A stretch of DNA of 64,000 bases from the NCBI GenBank assembly GCA_030265395.1, contig JARFYF010000059.1, positions 16,371,206-16,435,205 on the forward strand, read 5' to 3'. The notes under the pieces are model-generated. The model was not told where the DNA came from. It did not search any database and worked only from the letters and a program-made list of their open reading frames with translations. How positions within the stretch are numbered: position 1 is the first letter of the stretch; every line of letters starts with the position of its first letter. A program made the translations under genes and the position numbers. Positions 51,175 to 63,421 of the stretch are shown here, in pieces. This stretch comes from Rhina ancylostomus. Its lineage: Eukaryota.

Positions 51175-52397
51175 GTGAGATTAGTATTGTTAGGATATGT
51201 GATGATTCATTATGAGGTGCAGTTTTTTCTCACCACTGGCCACTGATGGATAGCTTTCTGTAAGACTCTTAAAGCTACTCTGGAGCCCTACAAATTGAAA
51301 CTTACAGCATGTAAAACAAAGTTATGCCTTTGGTGGGGAAGAGACAGCTGTGTGCAATGCTTAATGCCTGGCATCTTTACAGCAAGAACCACAAGTAATT
51401 TGTGCACTGCTTGTTGGAGACTGCTGTAGACAGCTGCAACTGTAAGTGTTTGAACTTAGAGAGGGAGAGCCAAATAAGAGTGAAATGATTCACATTCATT
51501 TTTGTATTTACATAATTCCTAGTTTTTATCTTTTGTGTATATTACCCTCCACTTCCCTCCTCTTTCTCCACGGTCCTGCAAATTTTACTTATTCAGATAT
51601 TTATCTGAATCCCGTTTGAAAGTTATTATTGATTCTGCTTTGATCTAATTTGTAGATAGTGCATCCCAAATCAAGAAAACTTACTGTGTAATATTTTTCA
51701 TCTTTGTTTTCTCTGAATCTTCTGTGGTCATTTTAAATCTGAATATTCCTGCCAGTGGAAACTGTTCCTCCTTACTCACTGTATAAACACCTTTGTACCA
51801 CCCAGGACAGAAGTTTTCAACACTGAGTTAACCCATATTAGCTAGATGACATTAGGAGTCCTACAACTGGCCACTGCTGCTCTTGTTGATTGCCTGTGGA
51901 ATGACCACTTGTGTGGACATCTGGCGTAGAACAGGATTAGGCATGTTTGGTCCTTCAATACTCATTCCAGGCTCGCATGAAGAAGAGTATTTAGGGATCT
52001 GTCAGAAGAGAACCACCACAGAAGGAATCAAACTTGATGTTTCCAGGAGAGGTAGGAAGGTTAAACTAATAAGAAAAAGACTCTGAACCTTCTTTGAACA
52101 TTGTGTCCCATGCAGCAAAAAATGCTGAACTAAGAGCTTGAGACGTTCTGGAGATGGAGCTGTCAGCATGGGGTGATTCCTTCTGCTGTGTGTAATTGGC
52201 CCTCACTGTGAATGGTAGTGCACAGTTTGGGGCAAGGCTGTCAATGTTTACATCAATTATCCAAGGATTATGCAAACTTGCCCTGCAGCATTAAAGTGCT
52301 AAGTAATTTTTCATCATCATGCATCATGCAGTATACACATATACTGTTTGGGTATCTCCACAGCTCTGACCTATGCTTTATGTGTTTCTCTTTGTAG

Positions 52398-52594
52398 GGA
52401 TTGCTTTGAGGCACAGACATGGTTTCTTGCACACGATGTTGCCTCTCAACACATCTTAGTCAGGAATCATGCTGAGAATTTGGAGAGTTGCTTCCTACAT
52501 TGGCGCACACTATTACGTGTGAAACGTGGAAAAAAGGTGGCTGTGCTGCACCTATTTCAAACATGCCATGCACAGGTGCAGCAACAAACAGCAG
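52398..52594 (+). CDS. C1orf167: C1orf167-like exon
   Basis: DCFEAQTWF...LESCFLHWRTLLRVKR...QQQTA; phase 2 to 1. Confidence 0.72.
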
Positions 52595-52679
52595 GTCTGA
52601 GCACAAAAGGAAGTTATACTCCATATATCAAATGTATAGACTTGCTCAGTAAATTTCAATTAGTGTTTAAGAGAAAGTT

Positions 52680-53000
52680 GTAAAGACCTGTATTGTTATG
52701 GTGTCTTTTACTTCCCAAAGCACTTGACAGTTAAACTATTTTGGAAATTTTATCATGATCATAATATAGGAAAACTGGCAGCTAATTTGCATATAGTAAA
52801 ATCCCACAAACATGAATGTGTTAAGGACAGGTAAGCTAATTTAGTGATGTTGGTTAAGTGGCATGTATTGGCAAGTCTCTTTTTTACTTTATAAACAGTA
52901 CCGTGTACCTGATCACCATATTGAGTAAATAACCCTCCCCGACAGCACAGCACACTCTTGGTATTGTACAGTGGTCTGGATTATGTGCTCAAATCTCTGA
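52680..53000 (-). mobile_element. Deu-SINE remnant
   Basis: GGAAAACTGGCAGCTAATTTGCATATAGTAAAATCCCACAAAC is the reverse complement of the Deu core; a related copy is at about 23340-23600 (+). Confidence 0.55.
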
Positions 53001-54563
53001 AATTCCTTGTTTCCTTGAACAAACTGTACAAACTATTTTTTTCTCTCTTGGTTTGTTGTTTTAAATTGTTGAAGGTGTATTGATACAATTGTAATCTGGC
53101 AAACTGAACGTTGGAAGAAGAAAACTTTGAGGAACAGGAACAGGCAAACAAACTTGCTGCTTTTTGATGAATCTAGACAATGTAACCATTTCCTCACCCT
53201 TGGTCCTTGCATTCTGTCTTGGAGAGTAATGATTTCAAAGAAGGCCAGCTTGTCACTATTAACCTAAAATATAATTGCTGTATGTCTACAGAATACCAGA
53301 TTGGTTAAGAGAGTGGGATATAGTCAGTCCTGAAAAAGAGTACAAGTACATTTGTGTGTATGCCAAACTAATTTTGCTGTAGATTACTGTGAGATTAGTA
53401 GGAAGAATGAGGCTATGCAGTATTTGGAAAATAATTAAGAGGAGCTAGATGACCAAAAATGTTAATGAACGTGGATACACAGGTTAACAGGACTATTAAA
53501 GTGCAAATCCAGTACTAGAAATAATTTCCTGAATAGCAATAATAAGCACAGAAAATTTGTAAACTCGTTTGACCCTGTTTAGACTACGTTTACAGTAATG
53601 TGAATATTTCTGATCCCCATCCTATTAAATATAGAGGAAAAATTAAAAAGGCTCAGACTCTTCTCGACAGGAGACTTGATAACTATCATTTTAGACTATG
53701 TAATGGTTTGATAAAGTGGATTAAAATGATGGTCCACTTGTAGGAGAATGCAAAAGTAGGGGGCCATTGATGTAAGTTGGTCACTGGTAATTAAGGAATT
53801 CAAGGGAAACTACTATATCTGATGTGATTGTGATGTAGAACTTAACAACATAGGGGTCAATTGTGAGACAAGGCATGAATTTAAGGGGGATGTTTGTTGT
53901 GTAGATGAGGGAGAAAGGAATGGAGTGTAATGAAGAGTGAAACACCAAAAAAATCACTTGGGCTGAATTGCCTATTGCTGTGATGTAAATCCTATATAAT
54001 TCAGTTGCATAAATCTTGACTGTATTCAGAATGGATGCCTTTCTGACAAAACTATGTGTTATAATCTTAGTTGGTCTTAATCAACATTATTGTCCCAGCA
54101 AACCTTTCTAGCTGCATCCATTCCAGGATCCATGCTCTGTTGTTGGAACTGCAGTGAATCTGATGGATAATTGGAAATTAAATATAAATTGCTGAGTCTG
54201 ACTGCCTTTCCAACGTGTCTAGCTTACTGGTACCCTCTACTGATTTATGCCGGGTACTGCAGAGGTTCATCAGAGCCCTTATTTTTGAAGAGGTCATTAT
54301 TAATAATTTAGTTTAGTACATGAGGCCTTCTGATAGATGGCCCACTGCACTGGGGAAGAAACTAGACTCCTTGCAGTGAAATTCAGAGAGCGGTTCCCCT
54401 TTTTTACCTGTTGCTCCCTATATCAGCTCTTCCGTCCTTTGCCATTCCTCCCCTAATCTCCTCCCTCTCCCTCACTAGAAAAGAAGTGATCGCACATAAC
54501 TGTAAATTCAATATTTTCATTATTTAAGTCACCCTGGTCTGCTTTCTATATTTCTCTGTTTAG

Positions 54564-54756
54564 CTCTTTGTTGGCAGAGTAATGAGAAAGATAATGACTG
54601 CAACAAAAATGCAAAATATGAAACCTCTGTTCAACTGGATGACATCCATGTAACTTATCAAGAACTACATTCACCAGCCAGTGTTTGCTTTGAACAGACA
54701 CTTCAGCCACAATTCCAGGACTGGAGAGAGGAGCTTCACAAACATCAGCTGGCTAG
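54564..54756 (+). CDS. C1orf167: C1orf167-like exon
   Basis: LCWQSNEKDNDC...QFQDWREELHKHQLA; AG|GTATGA donor; phase 1 to 2. Confidence 0.7.
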
Positions 54757-54971
54757 GTATGATTGGGTGTTGGAGACGAGGATGTAGTGGTGGGTGTCAG
54801 GTGTGAGATTACTTTGGGGTACCTTAATCTGGACTGAGAAAAAACAGATGAGTTCAGGCACATAATAATGGCTGGGTTTGGGAGTTTGGACAAAGATTGA
54901 GATGGTTATCAGGAGTTTCTGAACATATTTTTGCACTAAATTGATAATTTTGTATGCGGTGAGATTTTCAG

Positions 54972-55125
54972 GATCCCAACAAGGAACCAAGTGCAGGATG
55001 CTCACAAGCCCTGGCCTGAAGAATTCTTCAAACCATGCCTGCAAGGATTCAGCAAACACCTGCCCCTGCAGGACGGCACAAGTGCACTGTATAGAGAGGA
55101 GTCTGACTGCAGCTCACCTGAACAG
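54972..55125 (+). CDS. C1orf167: Candidate C1orf167-like exon
   Basis: IPTRNQVQDAHKPWPEEFFKPCLQGF...SSPEQ; CAG|GTAGAT donor; phase 2 to 0. Confidence 0.5.
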
Positions 55126-55985
55126 GTAGATGGAGAATACATGCATGAGACCCCCAATTGGTTGACAGGGTAGTACTCCAAGGATCGCATATTTAAAACT
55201 TACCACTCTCTACATGTCTGAAGATGTTGGTATTTTCATCAACAGTTTTTCTTTTCCAGTGGTTCAGAGATTAAAGGTGCAAAAGACACCTGACTGTGCG
55301 TTATGTCTGCCTTGCCCTTCCTGCCTTAGACATGCTCGCTTCTTTTCATGTTAGATGCTCTGCAGGCATGGCTGCTGGGCCTGAAGCATTACAGATCTTC
55401 TCGTGATACTGGGCTGCCTATTGTTACACTCACTCACAAATTCATGACACCAGTTGGTAGGGCAGTCGCTTCAGCTTTGTATTTAAGGGGCTCAACTTCT
55501 GCACTCATCCCCTTTGGCCTTCTCTAAAGAATTTTCCTCTCAGGCCAATCCCCTTGGTGTTTTTCTGCATTGTCTGTTTGCAGTACGGCTTTGCAGCGGT
55601 CAGTGATTTATGCAAATTTTCTGTGTGATTGATAGCGAGGAAGAAAATTGTAGGCTCTAGGAAGATATCAACAGACTGACCAGGTGGGCACAAAAGTAAC
55701 AAATGCAGGTCAGTCAGCAGCAGTGTCAGGTAACACATGCACTTGGATAGACTGTTTCCTTCTGGAGAAAAGAGATTAATCAAGGTACATAGAGTTATGA
55801 GAAATCAATAGCATGGATGCCATGATTCTGTTATTTCCATTTCTTTTTCTTATGTGATTGCTTAGTTACACTGATATAAGTTTTAAATAATACCTACTCT
55901 TTGGAGCAAAGTCCACGTAGGTGTTGACTTTCACCAATTTGGAGATATTATGCTTCCTAACCTTGCTCTGTCTTTGATTTTTCAG

Positions 55986-56250
55986 TTTTACATCCTGGCA
56001 GAGGATCTATAAGGTAAAATGTAAACTCAAATGTGATGAAGTTCAAACCTATTATTTGTGCCATTCACTTGTAGAGCATTGTTCAGTATGAAGCAAGACC
56101 AGCAAACAGACTTGACCTAGAGAGAGCAGGAAAATGGCTGCAGTGCAAATTGGAGAAGCGTCTGGTTGAAGAGCATCTGATGCTCTGGGCTACACGGTTG
56201 CGGCAGGTGTGCCAGGTGGATCAGTTTCACAGATGCACCCTGCTGACACG
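55986..56250 (+). CDS. C1orf167: C1orf167-like coding region containing an internal micro-intron or frameshift
   Basis: FTSWQRIYK, then in another frame YEARPANRLDLERAGKWLQCKLEKRLVEEHLMLWATRLRQVCQVDQFHRCTLLTR; GTATGT donor. Confidence 0.65.
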
Positions 56251-56402
56251 GTATGTCTGTGTTGATATTGTTATTCCACCACCTGCCTGCTGCTTAATTG
56301 TGTTTTTGTTGTTGTTGTATTTCACTTCCAGGTACAGAAACAGGTTCAGTGTGGATAATGGTGCAGATGCAATAAAATCTATGTGTAACTTTCTTCCTGC
56401 AG

Positions 56403-56594
56403 AGTATTTCTGAGTTGGAACAAGCGGAGGCAGACCCTCCGGAGACATCGGGAATTGGTTGCTGGGTTTTCTTTTGGCCGGCAGTGTCGAGTTGTGCTNN
56501 NNNNNNNNAAAGCAGGAAGCTGACAGAAGATGCAGAAAGATGTTGCATCAGAAAACTCAAAAGGCGATGTCCTATTGGCACCAATATACAGAGA
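56403..56594 (+). CDS. C1orf167: C1orf167-like exon (10-N placeholder gap inside)
   Basis: VFLSWNKRRQTLRRHRELV...[gap]...KQEADRRCRKMLHQKTQKAMSYWHQYTE; GTGAGT donor. Confidence 0.72.
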
Positions 56595-57074
56595 GTGAGT
56601 GTCAGCACAGAAAGTTACTGAAAGTTACTGAAACAGGGTAGCTGTTTACATCAGGGCAGATGATGCTTTAAAATCACCAGCAGTGTAAGGAAATCTTCTC
56701 ATGTCTGATGTTAGATAGGGAGACTGGTTACAGTATCGCCCAGGTAGATTGGTTAGCACCTGCAGTGTTGCTTAAATATATCAATTGCTATCAGTAATAT
56801 GAAGGTAGAGTGGTCATCTGGATATTACTGAACAATATTCTGGACCATAAATATGTTGGAGATGTTTAAACATCCAGTAAATCCAGGCATTGGGCCCACA
56901 AAAGAAGTGGCCTTTGGTGAGATATGCAACATCAGTATATTCCTTCCTTAATTTCTGAACCAAATTCTTAGTGTTCTTTGCATTGTACTAACAAGTGATA
57001 CATGTAATCTTTTCAGTAAAAGTAATTGCCAGTTCTCGTGATTCCTATTCTGCAAATTTTGCTGTCTCTTCCAG

Positions 57075-57219
57075 AGAGAAAGCAAGTCCAAGATCTCCAG
57101 GCTCGTTTCCTTTCTGTTCACACACTGAGAGTGAAGCTTTCAATTCTTCGCACCTGGAAGCAGAAAGCAGAGACACAGAGAAATGTGCAGATAATGGCAG
57201 ACAGGCTGGTGCAGAGCAG
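57075..57219 (+). CDS. C1orf167: C1orf167-like exon
   Basis: RKQVQDLQARFLSVHTLRVKLSILRTWKQKAETQRNVQIMADRLVQSR; phase 1 to 2. Confidence 0.72.
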
Positions 57220-58271
57220 GTCTGGCACAATTATTGCTCTGAGTCAGTGTTGCTTGTGTAGAGTTGGTGATTCTCTGGGTTCAGTTCAATTAAGTTATCC
57301 TGGTGCTATTTAGGCACGAGACCTAGATGAAGGCTGTTTGTTAAGTGACACCAGTAGGAATACTGAAGTCCACTTGCCCAATGTATGGTATGATGCTGTC
57401 TATTTATACACTGGGAGCTGGGTTGCCAGCCTCTCACATATTGGGAACTCTTTCAGTCCTTGTAAAAGCTAAAGCTATCTGGACTGACACGCTGCTGAAA
57501 TATCGCTGCACCGTGCATTAGCAGCAGCTTATTATTGGTCATTTACTGGAGCTTTCTGCATCCAAAATAGCAGTAGATCACTAGGGAAACACCGGTAAAT
57601 CGCTACGGTTCAGCATCTGCAACAAGACTGTTGGGTGCACACAACAGTCCTGTACAATAATGGGGAAGGGCAGAGGAGCAGGCTGCAAAGTAATGAATTT
57701 GTGGCAGTGTGCATGGAGCAAGATGGGGAAAGGCTTATTTGTTTCAGATTAAAGTTACACTTTCCAGATGCATTTTGTTAAATGATCTTCATGGACTGAG
57801 TTCACACAGAAAATTCTGACATTCCACCTTCCTACTGTGTTGTAAGTTGGTTCTGCTTATGACAATATTTGTACATAGCATAAACAAGTGTTAAATATCC
57901 TGGAATTTAAAAGACCAAGGGGTGACTTAATTGAAGAACTTGAAATATGAAGTAAAAACTGGTTAGTTAGAAACTATTTCTGCTAGTGGAGAGTTTGAGA
58001 CAAAGACACACAACCTACTAATTGGAGTCAGGCCTGTCATGAGTAAAGTTATGAAATATTTCTTTTTTCAGATAATAAAAATTTGAAACTCTCACAGATG
58101 GCAATGGGTGCAAGATAATTTGTTAATTGGATATTGATGTATTTAAAGGATACAAAGATAACTATATGGAACTGGGTAGCATTTAATTCAGGGGGCTGAA
58201 ATATCCACTTCTGTTCTGTAATTCTTAGCACCCTTGTGAAATGTTGCTGATTCATTGTTTCCTTGGCACAG

Positions 58272-58524
58272 GTATATGCGGGCTTGGTACTCTGCCACAC
58301 TTCAGAAAAAGAAGATGTGGCAGAAGCTGTGGACATTTCAAACTGTACGGAACCAACAGGTCCTGTTAGGGGCTTTTAGTCGATGGAGGTATCACTTGGA
58401 GCTGCAGTGCTTCTCAGAGAATTACAGGAAACTTAGAACAGCACAGAGAGTCAGCCAATGCTGGAGGCAGCGGACACTACTACACCAAGCTGTGAGACAT
58501 AGAGATACAGTCCTCACTCAAATA
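58272..58524 (+). CDS. C1orf167: C1orf167-like exon
   Basis: YMRAWYSATL...LLGAFSRWRY...VSQCWRQRT...TVLTQI; the donor ATA|GTAGGT (phase 0) joins 63021. Confidence 0.78.
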
Positions 58525-59480
58525 GTAGGTGAAATTAGATTTGTCCATCACAATCTTTTCTCTAATCCCTATTCCCAGCTTCTTCCTAATCCTATTTCAG
58601 CTTAAATAATGATATTCCCTTCAAGTAGATAAAATAATTTTACATCCATGGTCTCCCAAGCCACTTAACTTCCCCTGTACCTTTTGTTTGAAAACTATTT
58701 TCTCTGCTTTAGTTTAACCAGTTTGTATTGATTTTTGCCCCCTTTGGAAAAACCCTTCTTACATTATCAATGGTCATCGACTTTTGAGTATTCTTTTTCT
58801 TCCCAATGATCATCTAAGTGAATCAAAACTAGATTTCATCCAAACCAAAACATCCTCCTCAAGTTTCAGCAAGCATTTGAAGACAAACAATTCTGAATTT
58901 TTCTCCACTGCAGTGCATGGACAACTGATGTAGCACCAGAGGATCCTCCCCTTCTTTCCAATCTCTTTCCATCTTTCTGTTTGAAGAACATACATCTTTT
59001 AAGCTGACTGATTAAAACAAATTAAAGTCAGCGTCACCACTGATGTTTCCGGTGAATCACGGCCGGACTGCTGGTTCGGCATTACTCAGAGGCTGCAAGA
59101 GGGCAGCACTTGACAACAGAAAGCAATATTGATAACTGGTCACAAGATGGCAGCACTACCTCACTGCCAAATGGAAAGAACCAAGGAGGATTCAAGTTTT
59201 AATTCTTCAAGTAAAAGTATATTGTCTGCAACTGCACTGAGTGGTTCCACAGAGTGACAACACCTCAGGTACTTCTACAGAACATGGCTGTTTATTCAGA
59301 TATTCTATGCAACATATAAAACATCTGCCAGCAGTAGATATAACACAATGTTGGCTGTAATGTCACTGACATCAAACCAATAGCATCCCCATTATGCCCT
59401 GCACTGCTTTTTTTTAAAAAGAGAAAAATATTCAATGGCATGTATGCTAGTTTAATCACTGTCTAAGTCCTGTGCATCCT

Positions 59481-61712
59481 GGACACAGAAGGATGACCGT
59501 TTTCCCCCTCTTTAGGCCCTTGGCACCTTCCTGGTGCTTCCTCAGGCTCAGTAATTATATCAGCTTTGGATGTGTTCTAGCAGTTTGTGGCCCATCTTGT
59601 CACTTTGTGGTGGATGGTCAGCATTTTGTGCAAGCAGAGGATGATCTTTGTGCACCTTCCTGAACCCGCCATCCACTTTCACCTAATTCTATAAACTTTG
59701 ATGACCTTGTCTAGGTCCAATCTGAGATGTGTTTAGCATGGAAATCTCTACACATCCTCATGCAGGGTTTCAAACTGGAACATCAACAATTCCTTTCTTC
59801 CCACAGATGCTGCTCAACCTGCTGAGTTCCTCCAGCAGATTGTTGCTCAGGATTCCAACATCTCCAGTCTCTCATGTCTCCAGATCTCTACACATATTGT
59901 GTTGTCTATTTGAAATTATCTCTTTCTCTCTCCTCTAATTCAACATCACCTGTCTTCTTTGGCCTCACTTCTCCTCTCTAAGCTTGGCTGAATTGGGCTC
60001 AGCTGTGTCCTNNNNNNNNNNNNNNNNNNNNNNNNNNNNNNNNNNNNNNNNNNNNNNNNNNNNNNNNNNNNNNNNNNNNNNNNNNNNNNNNNNNNNNNNN
60101 NNNNNNNNNNNCTCTCCTCTCCCCTCTCTCATCAGGCAGAAGATCCAGGACCTGAGGGCACATACAACCAGGCTCAAGGACAACTTCTATCCTGTTGTTA
60201 TAAGACTATTGAACGGTTCCCTAGTATGATGAGATGGACTCTTGACCTCAAAACCTACCTTGTTATGACCTCTCACTTTATTGTCTACCTGCACTGCACT
60301 TCCTCTGTAGCTGTGAAACTTTACTCTGTATTCTGTTACTATTTTTACCCTGTACTACCTCAACCCACTGTGTAATGAATTGATCTATATGAATGGCATG
60401 CAAGACAAGATTTTCACTGTACAAGTGACAATAATAAAACAATACCAATGCCTCCGAGTCTCTATTGCTATTTCCACCCTTCTCCATTTGCTAATCACCC
60501 CTCCTCACCTGGATCCACCTATTGCTTGCCAGCTCTTGCCCTACCCCTCCCCTCTTCTTTATGCTGGCTAACTCCCCTCTATGCCTTCAGTCCAGATGAC
60601 AGATCTCAACCCAAAATGCAAAGAGCTAATCTGCAGAACTAATGGGTAACTGTTCAGCCTATGTTGCCTCCACTTCAGAGCCAAGGCTACCCCAGCCTCA
60701 GTAGCTGAACTATAGGCGATGCTTGTGCATGTACATATTTGGAAGTCAAACTTCAAGCTAGTGGTGAAGTTATTCAAGGACAGAGAGTCAGTTTATGCCC
60801 ACTGAAGAAACACTTTGAAGATCTCCCTAGATGCTGCCATCTCTTTACAGCTACAGGAAGATATCATGCATCAGCTTCTCTTTTTTTCATGAACATTTAA
60901 ATGGTAGAACTAATTGGGGCTGAGTGGTTTCCTGTTACACTTACACCTAACTAAAGACTGTCTTGATCTGACGCAATCAAATGTCAGTTCTAGTAATTAA
61001 CAAAATCATATCAGAGAGTGATGTGAGAAACAGTTGAAGATTGAGGTCTGGCATTTTCTCTTTTGTTTTTCAGGTACATCTGACTGAGTTAGGGTGAAGT
61101 ACCTGCCAACAGTCAGCAAGAGTGGCCTTTGTTAAACTCTACTGTGCCAGTCTGAGCTGGCCCACAACAGATTCCGCTTCAGGACACAGAAGGATGACTG
61201 TTTTCCCTCTCTTTAGGCCCTTGGCACCTTCCTGGTGCTTCCTCAGGCTCAGTGATTATATCAGCTTTGGATGTGGTCTAGCAGTTTGTGGCCCATCTTG
61301 TCATTTTGTGGCGGATTGTCAGCATTTTGTGCAAGCAGAGGATGATCTTTGTGCATCTTCCTGAACCCGCTATCCACTTTTACCTAATTCTATAAACTTT
61401 GATGACCTTGTCCAGGTCCAATCTGAGATGTGTTTAGCCTGGAAATCTCTACACATCCTCATGCAGGGTTTCATCCTGGAACAACAACGATTCCTTTCCT
61501 CCCACAGATGCTGCTCAACCTGCTGATTTCATCCAGCAGATTGTTGCTCAAGATTCCAACATCTCCAGTCTCTCATGTCTCCAGATCTCTACACAAGTTC
61601 TGTTAACTATTTGAAGTCACCTCTTTCTCTCTCCTCTAATTCAACATCACTTGTCTTCTTTGGCCTCACTTCACCTCTCTAAGCTTGGCTGAATTGGGCT
61701 CAGCTGTGTCCT
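59481..61712 (+). repeat. Direct duplication of about 530 bp (59481-60011 and 61182-61712)
   Basis: Near-identical sequence from GGACACAGAAGGATGAC to CAGCTGTGTCCT, with scattered substitutions. Confidence 0.92.
60112..60450 (+). mobile_element. Rex1/Babar-type LINE 3' end
   Basis: LRAHTTRLKDNFYPVVIRLLNGSL plus a 3' UTR and CAATAC tail. Confidence 0.72.
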
Positions 61713-62245
61713 GAGCCTGTGGTTCATCAGCAGTCAAGGCCGACCTGGATGTGGAGTAGGGTGTCGTTCTGTAGACCTCCAGGAAGGCAGCTATTCAGTG
61801 CTACATGGACCTCTGTCTCATTGATCCACAAGTTGCTTCTTCACAGCCTCCTTGGCGGTGTGAACTAACCTCTCTACTTCACTGTTCAATGCAGGATGGC
61901 AAGACATGAAGAAGCTATATTCAGTTTGTGGTTCTGAATTTCTGGAACTGATTCAAATAAAATTGTGGGCTGTTGTTGGAGACTAGCTATTCTGGTATGC
62001 TATGTCTAGCTTGGTTCATCAACTGTGTTGGTAGTGGTGCAGGGTTCACTAGCAAAACATCTTGCCACTTGGAGTGGCTGTCCGCTACGATGAAGAAGAT
62101 TTCCTGTCTCATTTGGTTGTGATCTGTGTGAACTTGCTGGAACTGCCTCGTAGATCACTTCTACATCTCAAATGGCGCTTTCGGAGCCTGAGCTTGTCAA
62201 TTTTTGATGGGTCAAGGTGCATTAACAAGGTCTTTGATCTTCTTG

Positions 62246-63421
62246 AGATCGCAAGCTGCATTTGTTGCCTATCTTTCTACGATAGAAAGCTGCTTAGAAA
62301 TTTAATAAACTATTAATGAAATCGAGATGGTGACTATCCCCACAAGAAGAAGCCGATAGGGAAGTGCACTGAAATTGTGTTAGTCATATTTGAAATCCTA
62401 GAATGTATTTCTATCCACAACAGTCCTGACTCTTAGCTTATTTAATGATTTATTGAATTTGAACTTCTGTTGTCATGCACACCATCATTTATTCATTCTC
62501 ACACTTGTATACCAGACCAGTGCAGCAACCCCCAGGCTGCAGACTTTGTAATTTTTACCCTTCCAATGAAGGTATTGACCTTTGCTAGTTCTGATTCTGA
62601 AACAGCAGGGGCTCTAGTGCCTCACTGTGCATACAATTTCCACGTGCCAGTTTAAGAACTGGATACCAGTAGGGTGTTAACCTTGGGGCAGTGCCAAGTA
62701 AATCTCTTTCCCCATATCCACGTAGTTATTTTCCTTCAGTATTCGGCTCTCAGGGGTGGCTGGCATTTCCTCCCAATTGAAGATGATTTTGGATGAGAAC
62801 AAGGTCATGTTTTGCTGTGGTGTATTCCATGGTTTCCTGTCAGCTTGGGATCAGTCACATTTATTGTGATACATTTAAGAGTATCCAGCAGGGGGCCCCC
62901 AAGGTTCACAAGCTTTGGCCTCATTGCAAACACTTACATTTGCTTTCAATAGTCCTAATACTACTATGTTCTTCTGTGACTGCACTATGTTTTAGTCTTT
63001 CTGTGTGGCTTCATTTACAGTTGTTCAGCAGTTGGAAGGCCGCTGTCAGATTATCCCAGCTGTCCCATCAGTTTGCTGGTAAGATTGAAGAGAGGCAACT
63101 GAGGCTGCAACTGCATGCCTGGGCCAAGCTGGTGAAAGGTGAGAAATCCTTCTGAAGATTGCAAGCTGCATTTGTTGCCTGTCTTTCAATAATGGAAAAC
63201 TGCTTTGAAATGTAATAAACTTAACAAAATTGAGATGGTGACTCTATCCCCACAGGAAGAAGATGACAGAGAAATTCACTGAAATTGTGTTAGGATGATA
63301 TTTGAAATCTCAGAACATATTCCTATGAACAACACTCCTGGCTCTTCATTTCTTTAATGGTTTATTGAATCTGAATTTTTGTTTCAATGTTCACCATCAT
63401 CTATTCGTTCTCACACTTGTA
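62246..63421 (+). repeat. Diverged direct repeat of about 265 bp (62246-62509 and 63156-63421)
   Basis: Both copies run from AGAT.GCAAGCTGCATTTGTTGCCT to TTCTCACACTTGTA. Confidence 0.88.
63021..63138 (+). CDS. C1orf167: C1orf167-like exon (gene continues beyond the window)
   Basis: LFSSWKAAVRLSQLSHQFAGKIEERQLRLQLHAWAKLVKG; AAG|GTGAGA donor. Confidence 0.75.

Noticed and set aside
55584-55750. Apparent exon after a good tttgcag acceptor
   Set aside because: It has stops in the required frame and translates as decayed CR1 RT (DSEEENCRL*EDINRLTRWAQK*QMQ).
58525-58528. Donor GTAG|GTGAAA as the end of the 58272 exon
   Set aside because: This gives phase 1, with no compatible downstream exon found. 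The donor at 58524 gives an in-frame join to 63021.
61074-61364. Strong acceptor plus ORF 61122-61364, duplicated at 59472-59663
   Set aside because: Stop codons follow soon after the acceptor, and the ORF similarity only reflects the DNA duplication.
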